In this document: piece after piece, positions 9,092 to 17,500 of the stretch | How positions within the stretch are numbered: position 1 is the stretch's first letter | Layout of the letters: each line of letters begins with the position of its first letter | Assembly (NCBI GenBank): GCA_049581965.1 | Contig: JBAUSZ010000048.1 | Coordinates: 1 to 52,185 of the forward strand | DNA from: Thermoanaerobaculia bacterium | Lineage (GTDB): Bacteria > Acidobacteriota > Thermoanaerobaculia > UBA5066 | DNA: 52,185 bases | Reading direction: 5' to 3' | Position numbers and translations under genes: made by a program | Notes under the pieces: generated by a model | The model's input: the letters and a program-made list of their open reading frames with translations, nothing else | Database searches by the model: none | Told to the model about the DNA's origin: nothing

Positions 9092-9775
9092 TCAGTTCCA
9101 GCGGGGGTCCGCATCGGGACGGCGGTGAGGCCCGAGGAAGTCCAGGCGGCGCTGGACCCCCTCGATGTGCGCGAGAACCCAGGCGTAGCGGTCCTCGAGG
9201 CGGTCCATCGCGAGGACGCGGTAGCTCTCCTCGGCGTCGAGGCCGAGGCGCGAGGCCGCCTCGTTCACGAGGCCTTCGTCCGAGAGCCTGCGGGACAGGG
9301 CCCGCCCCCCCGGCCGGCCGGCCGCATCCGCGAGTCGCCGGACGCTTTCGACGAGGAGGCGCCGGAGCTCGGCCGGCCCGCGTCCGCCGCCGTCGGCTCG
9401 AGGGAGAGGCTCGGCCGGGAGGGGCGTGACCTCCGCGACGCGGTAGGGCGTTTTCGTCGCCGGCTCGCGCTCGATGCGGTAGCGGAACGCGCCACGCAGG
9501 AGGATGTTCGAGCGTCCGTCCTCGAGCGGCTCGTGTTCGACGACCTCGCCCGCGCACCCGATCGAAAGGACGCCCGGCCGGTCCCCGGCGCCGCCCGAGC
9601 CGTCCGTCCGCAGGAGCTGCATCCCGATGAGCCGGTCCGAGTCGAGGGCGTCCGCGAGCATCGTCAGGTAGCGCGGCTCGAAGACGTGCAGAGGCATGGT
9701 CGTCTCGGGGAAGAGGACGACGTTCGGGAGGGGAAAGAGGCGGACGAGGCGGCGCCCCGACATCGAGGGCATCAT
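9092..9775 (-). CDS. LON peptidase N-terminal (substrate-binding) domain protein
   Basis: LFPLPNVVLFPETTMPLHVFEPRYLTML is the LON-N hallmark. I chose the start at the MM pair (9775), because the longer track start (9835) would overlap the ferredoxin gene start. Confidence 0.8.
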   Translation of the reverse strand: MMPSMSGRRLVRLFPLPNVVLFPETTMPLHVFEPRYLTMLADALDSDRLIGMQLLRTDGSGGAGDRPGVLSIGCAGEVVEHEPLEDGRSNILLRGAFRYRIEREPATKTPYRVAEVTPLPAEPLPRADGGGRGPAELRRLLVESVRRLADAAGRPGGRALSRRLSDEGLVNEAASRLGLDAEESYRVLAMDRLEDRYAWVLAHIEGVQRRLDFLGPHRRPDADPRWN

Positions 9776-9824
9776 GCAACGGGAGAGGCTTCCGCGCACG
9801 GGGGGCGTGCTATCTTTCGCGCCG

Positions 9825-10058
9825 ATGGCGAACAAGGACGACCGCTACGCGGACAACGCCCCGGGGAAGTTCTACGTCGACACCCAGTGCATCGACTGCG
9901 ACGTGTGCCGCGTGACGGCCCCGAACAACTTCACCCGGCAGGAGGAGAAGGGCTACTCCTACGTGTCGAAGCAGGCGTCGACGCCCGAGGAAGAGGCCCA
10001 GTGCCAGGAGGCGATGGACTCCTGCCCGGTCGAGGCGATCGGCAATGATGGCGAGTAG
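9825..10058 (+). CDS. Small single-cluster ferredoxin (77 aa)
   Basis: ATG at 9825. CIDCDVC...CP cysteine pattern (KFYVDTQCIDCDVCRVTAPNNF...QEAMDSCPVEAI). Confidence 0.85.
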   Translation: MANKDDRYADNAPGKFYVDTQCIDCDVCRVTAPNNFTRQEEKGYSYVSKQASTPEEEAQCQEAMDSCPVEAIGNDGE

Positions 10059-10162
10059 GGAAGAGAAGACGAAGAGGGGAATTTCTTAGAAGGGAGGAGG
10101 GGGAAAGCCGGAGCACCAGCGCGCGGTGGCCCCGCGATGTGCCCCGGAGTCGATTCACCTTT

Positions 10163-11083
10163 CTAAGAACTTTGCAGACCGCCTCCCGCTGCGAGCGCGC
10201 GTCTCGCGTGGTAGCTCGACCTCACGAGCGGCCCCGATTCCACTCTCCAGAATCCGAGCTCCTCGCCTTCCTTCCGGATCTCCTCGAACTCCTGCGGCGT
10301 GTAATACCGCTCGATCGGCAGCCTTCGCGCGTGCGGCTGGAGGTACTGGCCCACCGTCACGACGTCGACGCCGGAAGAGCGCAGATCGCGGAGCGTCTCC
10401 CGCAACTCCTCTCGTGACTCGCCGAGCCCCACCATCACCCCGCTCTTCACGTTCAAGGAAATCTTCTTCTTTTCTTCGTCCCTTCTCCCGGCGGCGCGCC
10501 GCAGGAGTTCCAGCGACCGCGCGTAGATCGCGTCGGGCCTCACGCGCCGATAGAGGCGGGGGACGGTTTCCACGTTGTGGTTCAGGACCTCGGGCGCCTC
10601 GGCGAGGACGGTCTCGAGCGCGGGCTCGCTCCCGAGGAAGTCCGGAACGAGGACCTCGACGGTGACGCCCGGCGCGAGCGCGCGGATCGCGCGGATGGTC
10701 GCCGCGAAGTGCGCCGCGCCGCCGTCGGGCAGCTCGTCGCGGTTCACGGACGTGACGACGGCGTGCGCCACGCCGAGGGTCTTGACCGCCTCGGCGACGT
10801 GGCGCGGCTCCTCCGGGTCGAGCGGCCGGCCGGTCCCCTGGGTCACCGCGCAGAAGCCGCAGCGGCGCGTGCAGACGTCGCCCATGAGCATGAACGTGGC
10901 CGTCCGCAGGGTGCCCCAGCACTCGGCGAGGTTGGGGCAGCGGGCCTCCTGGCAGACGGTGTTGAGGCTCTTGTCCTCGACGAGGCGGGCGATCTCGGGC
11001 TCCGACCCGCCTGCCCTCACGCGCACCTTCAGCCACTCGGGCCGGGGGGTGACGCCGTAAAGGGGGCGGGCGTTCGCGCTCAC
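10163..11083 (-). CDS. lipA: Lipoyl synthase
   Basis: Radical-SAM CTRRCGFC motif, N-terminal auxiliary-cluster CPNLAEC, and KSGVMVGLGES. GTG start. 306 aa. Confidence 0.95.
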   Translation of the reverse strand: MSANARPLYGVTPRPEWLKVRVRAGGSEPEIARLVEDKSLNTVCQEARCPNLAECWGTLRTATFMLMGDVCTRRCGFCAVTQGTGRPLDPEEPRHVAEAVKTLGVAHAVVTSVNRDELPDGGAAHFAATIRAIRALAPGVTVEVLVPDFLGSEPALETVLAEAPEVLNHNVETVPRLYRRVRPDAIYARSLELLRRAAGRRDEEKKKISLNVKSGVMVGLGESREELRETLRDLRSSGVDVVTVGQYLQPHARRLPIERYYTPQEFEEIRKEGEELGFWRVESGPLVRSSYHARRALAAGGGLQSS

Positions 11084-11148
11084 CGAGCGAGTGTACCGGG
11101 ACAGGATAGGATCCGCCGGAGATGCGATCTCAACGCAAGGAGGCCCCG

Positions 11149-11709
11149 ATGGTGTCCATCGCGTCGCTCTGGCTGCCCATCCTGCTCTCCGCCGTCGCCG
11201 TCTTCATCGTCAGCTCGATCATTCACATGGCCCTCGGCTACCACGCGGCCGACTACAAGAAGCTGCCGGCCGAGGACGAAGTCATGGCCGCGCTTCGCAA
11301 GTTCGACATCCCGCCGGGGGACTACATGGTCCCGTGTGCAGGCAGCATGAAGGCGTTCAAGGAACCGGCCTTCATGGAGAAGTTCAAGGCCGGCCCGCGC
11401 GCGGTCGTCACGTTCTTCCCGGGCGGCGACATCAAGATGGGCGCGCAGCTCTTCCAGTGGTTCCTCTACTCGATCCTCATCGGGATCACGGCCGCGTACA
11501 TCTCCGGCCGCGCGCTTCCGGCGGGCGCACCCTACAAGGCCGTCTTCCGTTTTGCCGGCGCGACGGCGTTCTACGGGTACTCCCTCGCGCTCATCCAGAA
11601 CTCGATCTGGTACAAGAAGGCCTGGGGGACGACGCTCCGGAGCTGCTTCGACGGCCTCGTCTACGGCCTCCTCACGGCGGGCTTTTTCGGCTGGCTCTGG
11701 CCGCGGTGA
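11149..11709 (+). CDS. Hypothetical integral membrane protein
   Basis: AAGGAGG lies 5 nt upstream of the ATG at 11149 ([24 protein letters not shown]...). Four predicted hydrophobic helices. I do not recognise a family. Confidence 0.6.
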   Translation: MVSIASLWLPILLSAVAVFIVSSIIHMALGYHAADYKKLPAEDEVMAALRKFDIPPGDYMVPCAGSMKAFKEPAFMEKFKAGPRAVVTFFPGGDIKMGAQLFQWFLYSILIGITAAYISGRALPAGAPYKAVFRFAGATAFYGYSLALIQNSIWYKKAWGTTLRSCFDGLVYGLLTAGFFGWLWPR

Positions 11710-11713
11710 CGAT

Positions 11714-12373
11714 CTAGCCCCGGCCGCGGATCCCCTCGCGCGCCGCCCATCTCCACACGGAGTCCCAGGCGTGGTACACGCACCGGACCCCTTCGACCTC
11801 CTCTTCGGCGAGGGGCGCGGGGAGGCGCACGCGGGCCGTTCGCTCCACGGCGACGCGCGCGGCCTCGCGGACGACGAGCCACTCGCGCGCGTCCTCCGCG
11901 CTCTCGTGGTACGGGTCGACCCCGAGCGTCAGGAGCGTCGGGAGGTTCTCGGGCTTGCCCTCGGCGTCGAGAATCCGGACGGCCTGGAGGCGGTTGCGCC
12001 CGTCGGGGTCTCCGAGGAACTCTCGGACGGCGACGGTCAGGTCCTCCTCTTCGAAGTACGCGAAGGCCATGAGGGCGTCGCAGCGCACGCCCGCGTCGCT
12101 GTCGAGGAGAAGTTCGCGCACCTTCGACGCGAGGGGACGGAAGGGCTCGAGGCGTTCTTTCGATTCGTCCTGCAGGCCCGCGAAGATGAAGAGGCCCGCC
12201 CGGCGCGTCTCCGCGTCCTCGTCCACGAGAGCTTCGGCGACGAGGCCGACCGTCTCGTCGTCCACCGGCGCGCGAACGATCCGGTCGAAGGCGATCGCCT
12301 CGCCTTCGCCCGCGTACGGCGCGAGGCGCGCCGTCAGGAGCTCGTAGATGCCGCGAGGAGCCCGTTCGCCCAT
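11714..12373 (-). CDS. Hypothetical acidic alpha-helical (HEAT-like) protein
   Basis: Non-shadow composition from MGERAPRGIYELL onward (DEDAETRRAGLFIFAGLQDES...DSDAGVRCDALMAFAYF...). The N-terminal 85 aa of track ORF 11714..12631 overlap lipB and are discarded. The start still overlaps the lipB 3' end by 40 nt, so the true start may be further downstream. Confidence 0.5.
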   Translation of the reverse strand: MGERAPRGIYELLTARLAPYAGEGEAIAFDRIVRAPVDDETVGLVAEALVDEDAETRRAGLFIFAGLQDESKERLEPFRPLASKVRELLLDSDAGVRCDALMAFAYFEEEDLTVAVREFLGDPDGRNRLQAVRILDAEGKPENLPTLLTLGVDPYHESAEDAREWLVVREAARVAVERTARVRLPAPLAEEEVEGVRCVYHAWDSVWRWAAREGIRGRG

Positions 12374-13038
12374 GTGCCTGCCTCCCGCTCGAAAACGTCG
12401 GTGAAGTGCGACACGAAACGTCGTGCGGCGTCCTCGAGCGACGGCGCCGGCGCCGCGGAAACCTCCGCGAGCGACGTCACGCCGCCGTCGGCGATGCCGC
12501 ATGGAACCAGCAGCGAGAATCGTGCCAGGTCGGTCGAGACGTTCAACGCGACACCGTGCGTCGTGACCCAGCGCGACAGGTGGACGCCGATGGCCGCGAG
12601 CTTGTCGTTCCCGACCCACACGGACGCCCATCGCCCCGGCATCGGGCTACGCGCCGCCTCGACTCCGAAGTCGCGTGCCGTGCGGATGAGGACCTCCTCG
12701 AGGTCGCGCACGTAGCGGCGGACGTCGCAGCGGTCTGGGGAGAGGTCGAGGACCGGGTACGCGACGAGCTGGCCGGGGCCGTGGAACGTGAGCCTGCCGC
12801 CGCGGTCGGCGACGCGGAGCGCGATCCCGCGCTGGAGGAGGACGTTCTCGGAGACGAGGAGCTCGCCGAGACCCGCGTTGCGGCCCACGGTGATGACGTC
12901 TTCGTGCTCGAGGAGGAAGAGCGTCTCGGGGCCGCCCGTCTTGACCCGCGCCTCGGCTTCCTTCTGGAGCGCGAAAGCGGAGTCCCACGAGACCGGGCCC
13001 CGGGAGAGCAGAGAAACAACCTCCGTCGCGCGACGCAT
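12334..13038 (-). CDS. lipB: Octanoyltransferase (lipoate-protein ligase B)
   Basis: LFLLEHEDVITVGRN, RGGRLTFHGPGQLVAYP and DKLAAIGVHLSRWVTTHGVALNV match LipB catalytic regions. Start taken at ATG 13038 (MRRATEVV...). Confidence 0.9.
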   Translation of the reverse strand: MRRATEVVSLLSRGPVSWDSAFALQKEAEARVKTGGPETLFLLEHEDVITVGRNAGLGELLVSENVLLQRGIALRVADRGGRLTFHGPGQLVAYPVLDLSPDRCDVRRYVRDLEEVLIRTARDFGVEAARSPMPGRWASVWVGNDKLAAIGVHLSRWVTTHGVALNVSTDLARFSLLVPCGIADGGVTSLAEVSAAPAPSLEDAARRFVSHFTDVFEREAGTWANGLLAASTSS

Positions 13039-13123
13039 GATGAATGCTACAGCACACGGTAGGCCGAAGGGCACGGTTCGCGACCGGGACCCACCCCGGC
13101 TGGCGTTTCAGGGTCGGTGAGAC

Positions 13124-13130
13124 TATAAAT
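13124..13130 (+). promoter_or_regulatory. Candidate -10 element (TATAAAT) for the secreted-paralogue genes
   Basis: A conspicuous AT hexamer in GC-rich DNA, 25 nt upstream of the ATG at 13155. No convincing -35 element. Confidence 0.2.
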
Positions 13131-13154
13131 GCCGCCAGGATCCGGAGGGCGCCC

Positions 13155-13649
13155 ATGAACAAGCGCTTCAGCCCCACGATTCTCGTAACCCTTGCGTTCA
13201 TTCTGGCAGCGGCGCCGCGCGTCGTGGCGCAGGATTCCGGTCGGGCGCCCGAAGCGTCGGCGCGAGCCGCCCCGCTCGCGTCCCGGACGCCCCTTGTTTT
13301 CGCGAGCCCGGTCCACGGCGGCTGTTACATCGCAGCGCCCGGGCAGTGCAAGATCCACGTCGAGCCGTTCACGATCAACATCGCGCCGGGGACGAAACTC
13401 GTATTGTTCAAGCTCGTCGCGATTTCTGGCACCGGAGTCCAGACGACGATCTACGACTGGCGCCCCGACCAGTCGAACCCACCGCCGCCGACCGGGACGA
13501 CCTACACGCCGTCCCTGGTGACCCAGGATTTCGCAGCGACCTGCGGCAGCAGCTACGAGGTGAACTTGCAGGGGCGGGACAGCGGCGACACGAGCCTGTT
13601 CAGCCTCGGCCTCACCGGGCAGTTCACGTGTCCGACCACCGTGCCCTGA
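13155..13649 (+). CDS. Secreted 4-Cys domain protein, paralogue 1 (164 aa)
   Basis: GGAGGG lies 5 nt upstream of the ATG. Signal peptide MNKRFSPTILVTLAFILAAAPRVVAQ. Shares a roughly 115-aa domain with the next gene. Confidence 0.65.
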   Translation: MNKRFSPTILVTLAFILAAAPRVVAQDSGRAPEASARAAPLASRTPLVFASPVHGGCYIAAPGQCKIHVEPFTINIAPGTKLVLFKLVAISGTGVQTTIYDWRPDQSNPPPPTGTTYTPSLVTQDFAATCGSSYEVNLQGRDSGDTSLFSLGLTGQFTCPTTVP

Positions 13650-14473
13650 CGGCGACGAGAGGGGCTCGCCCTGCGCGGTACGCGGCACTCGCCCTGATTG
13701 CGATCTCTGCGGGGGCGGCGCGAGGTGTGGAGCCGGCGCCGGCCGCTCGCTCGCCTCTGGTCTTCGCGAGCCCCATCCACGCGGGCTGCAAGACGTTCAA
13801 CGCGCGGACGTGCCAGATCGTCGTCGAGCCGTTCACGATCAACCTCGCGTCGGGACAGAAAGTGGTTTCGTTCCAGGTTCTGGTGGACGGTTCAGTGGTC
13901 TACGACTGGCGCCCCGACCAGTCGAACCCGCCGCCTGCGTCCGGCACGACATACACGCCGTCGCGGGTGGCCCTCGGGTTCGGCGTCAGGTGCGGGATGA
14001 GCCACACCGTGAGCCTCCTGGGCCGCGACTCGGGCGACTCGAGCGTGTTCGTCCTCGGGAGCACGTCGCCGGTCACGTGCCCGCCGCCCGTCCTGCAGCT
14101 GACGTTCTACGCCGTGCCCCCCTGTCGCCTCATCGATACACGCATCACGTCCGGGCCTGACGCGGGCTCGCCCGCTCTGTCCGCGGGAGAGGTCCGGGTC
14201 GTCGGGACGGCTCAGAAGTGCCGCATCCCGGCGACCGCAGCCGCTCTCTCGGTGAACGTGACCGTGACGGCACCGGCGGCGGCCGGGTACTTCACGCTCT
14301 ACGCGGCCGACGGAACGCTTCCCGTCGCGAGCCAGCTGAGCTTCGGGCCGGGGCAGACCCGCGCGGGAGCCACGATCGTTCCTCTCGCCGTCGACGCGAC
14401 GGGCTTCAAGGTGCAGAACGCCTCCGTGGGGGCTGCTCACGCCATCGTCGACGTAAACGGGTATTTCGAGTAA
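13628..14473 (+). CDS. Secreted 4-Cys domain protein, paralogue 2, with extra C-terminal DTR...GYF beta-domain
   Basis: In-frame GTG at 13628 gives a signal-like N-terminus (RYAALALIAISAGAARG). The domain is homologous to paralogue 1. The C-terminal roughly 125 aa (FYAVPPCRLIDTR...AIVDVNGYFE) resemble a widespread uncharacterised extracellular domain. Start codon uncertain. Confidence 0.65.
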   Translation: MSDHRALTATRGARPARYAALALIAISAGAARGVEPAPAARSPLVFASPIHAGCKTFNARTCQIVVEPFTINLASGQKVVSFQVLVDGSVVYDWRPDQSNPPPASGTTYTPSRVALGFGVRCGMSHTVSLLGRDSGDSSVFVLGSTSPVTCPPPVLQLTFYAVPPCRLIDTRITSGPDAGSPALSAGEVRVVGTAQKCRIPATAAALSVNVTVTAPAAAGYFTLYAADGTLPVASQLSFGPGQTRAGATIVPLAVDATGFKVQNASVGAAHAIVDVNGYFE

Positions 14474-14518
14474 GGGAATCCTCGTCTCCGCGGGGCCCCG
14501 CCGATACACTCGTTCTCC

Positions 14519-17500
14519 ATGAAGTCGCTGCGCGCCGCGTCCCGCCTCCTCGCCGTCGGCCTCCTCGTCGCCGCGCCGGTCCTGTCCGCCGCGGAGCGCG
14601 AGGTCACGATCCTCTACACGAACGACTTCCACTCGGCGATCGATCCGATCCCGGCATACTGGCGAGCCGGGTCGCCGCGCCTCGGCGGCGCCGCGCAGAT
14701 CGCGACGCTCATCAACCGGATCCGCGCGCGCGAAAAGACGACGTTCCTCTTCGACTCGGGCGATCTTTTCACGGGGACCTTCTCGTTCCTCACGAAGGGC
14801 GAGGCCTTGATGCGCCTCTGGGACGTCCTGCGCGTGGACGCGATGGCGATCGGAAACCACGAGTTCGACTACGGCTCGGGAGTCTTCACGCCGCTCATGA
14901 AGGGCGCGTCGTTTCCCGTCCTCGGCGCGAACATCTACGACCGGACGACCGGGAGGAGGTATTCCAGTCCCAGCGTCGTCCTCGAGCGGGACGGCCTCAG
15001 GGTCGGGGTGATCGGGATCATCGGGCTGGACGCGCGCAGCGTCGCGCTCCCGTCCGGCATCACGTCCCTCGACTTCACGGATCCGGTGGCGGAAGTCCGC
15101 GCCGCCGTGAAGGAGCTGCGGCCGAAGGTGGACCTCGTCGTCGTCCTCGCCCACCAGGGGAAGACGGGCCCGATGCAGACGGATGCCGAGGGGCGACCCG
15201 AGGTCCAGCGCGACTTCGCCGAGGACATCGCGCTCGCCGGTGCCGTGCCAGGGATCGACGTTTTCGTCGGGGGCCACGCGCACCGCGGGATCGAGAGACC
15301 GTACGTCCACCCGAAGACGGGCACGCTCATCGTCCAGACCTACGGATACGGAACGCGCCTGGGCTATCTGAAGCTGAAACTGAAGGACGGGCGCGTGGCC
15401 GACTACCACGGCGAGCTCCTCGAGGTGAGGTCCGACGAGCTGCCGCCCGACCCTGACGTCGTCAGACTCCTCGCCCCCTACCGCGACGAGGCGCGGAAGG
15501 CCGCCGGTGCACCCGCCGGGACGCTCGTGAAACGCCTCGTCCGCGACTACCGCGCCGAGTCTTCGCTGGGCGACTTCGTCACCGACGTCATGCGCCGGAA
15601 AGCCGGCGCCGACCTCGCCTTCCAGAACGCCGGGGGCCTGCGTGCCGACCTCCCGGCGGGAGAGGTGACGCGCGCGAACGTGATCGACGCGCTCCCGTTC
15701 GTGAACTCCCTCGTCACGCTCGAGATGACCGGGAGACAGATCCGCGAGGTTCTCGAGCAGGGCCTCACGCTCGAGCGCGGGCTCGTCCAGGTCTCGGGCC
15801 TTACGGGCACGTACGATCTCGGCCACCCCATCGGCTCGCGCCTGCTCTCCGCCGACGTGGGCGGCCGGCCGCTCGACGACGCGCGGCCGTACCGCGTCGC
15901 GACGAACAGCTTCCTCGCGCAGGGCGGCGACCTCTACACGACGTTCCTCTCGGCCTCGAAGGTCTCGGACGGCGGCGTTCTGCTGTCGGAAGTTGTCGTG
16001 GAGGCCCTGCGCGAGGCCGGACGCACGGAGCCTCCCGCGGGAGTTCGTCTCCGGCAGAGACCTTCCGCACCGTCGGCCCTCGGGCGAGTCGAAACGCTTT
16101 CGGCTCCGGGCCGGTTCGACAAGTACCCGTCCGTCGCCTTCGACGCGGCGGGCGACCTCTGGTGCGCGTACACGACGACGGAAGCAGGAACCGACCGCAT
16201 CGTCGTGAGGCGCCGGAGAGAGGGGGCGTGGTCGGAGGAGGAACGTCTCGACGCCGGGGAGGGCCTCGAGTCGGGGGCGAAGCTCGTCCTCGACGGCAAG
16301 CGGAGGCTGCGCGTTTTCTGGCACGGCAAGCGGAAGGGCGAGTGGGCCGTTTTCTCGCGAACGTGGAACGGCCGCGCTTGGGGAGAGGAGAAGAGGGTTT
16401 CTGCGAAGGGAAGAGATGCTCTCCATCCCGTCGTCGCACGCGATTCGGCGGGGCGGCTGTGGGTCGCATGGGAGGAGTTCAAACGGGGCGGGTTCTCGAT
16501 CTCGCTCGTGGGCGAGAACGGCTCCGGCTGGAGCGCGCCGGCGCAGGTCGCGAGTGACGGCACCGACCGCCGGCCCGCGCTCGGGGCGCCGCCGGACGGG
16601 GGCGTCTGGCTCGCGTGGGACTCGACGCGGACGGGCAATTACGACGTCTTTCTCCTCCGGGCTCGCTCCGCCGGGGCCGCCGCCCCGAGACTCGACGCGC
16701 CCGTCGCCGTCACCTCCGACGCCGCGATCGACGACTCGCCGTCCCTCGCCTGCGGCAGGGACGGCGCGCTGTGGATCGCCTGGAACTCGACGCGCGGCCA
16801 CTCGGCGGACGAATTCCGCACCGACCGGCACTCGGGCGACGCCTTCGTCCGCGTCTACAAGGACGCCGTCTTCTCCGCCCCGCTCGGCACCGCGCCGGCC
16901 GCTCTGACGGGCCAGGTCAGCTTCGGAACGGTCGACAAGTCCGCGCGCGACACCGAGGAGCCCTATTGGCACTGGAAGCAGACGCAGAACTACCCGTCGG
17001 TCTTCCTCGACGGGGCGGGGCGCGCGTGGATCGTCTGGCGGACGGACGCGACCGGCGCCCACAATTTCGATCTCTGGGCGCGCGTCCACGACGGGCAGCG
17101 CTGGTCGCCGGAGCTCCGTCTCACGACGTTCTCGCCCGGTCGCGACGAGTTTCCCTCCGCGGCGCTCGCTCCCGACGGCTCGCTCGCGCTCGCGTGGGAG
17201 GCGCAGGCGCTGCCGAGGCCGGGCGAGGAGACGACGGGCGGAGACGTGGACGCCTACAACACGCACTCGAGCCCGAACGTCGTCCTCGTCGGGACGCTCG
17301 CCGCCCCTCCCGACGGCTGGACGCCCGGGGAGATCGCGGCGGCGCCGCCCGACCACTTCGATGCCTGGCCCGACCTCGAGCCGCGCTCGCCGGGCCCCGA
17401 GCCGCGGACGGCGACCGAGGCCGGGGGCCGCTGGCACGTCTACTTCGGCGATCCGCACAGCCACAGCATCCTCAGCGACGCGAAGACCGGCCTGCCGGAC

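Noticed and set aside
13101-13120. TGGCGT…GGTC upstream of the secreted paralogues as a sigma-54 (-24/-12) promoter.
   Set aside because: The -12 element does not match TTGC(A/T), and the spacing is off.
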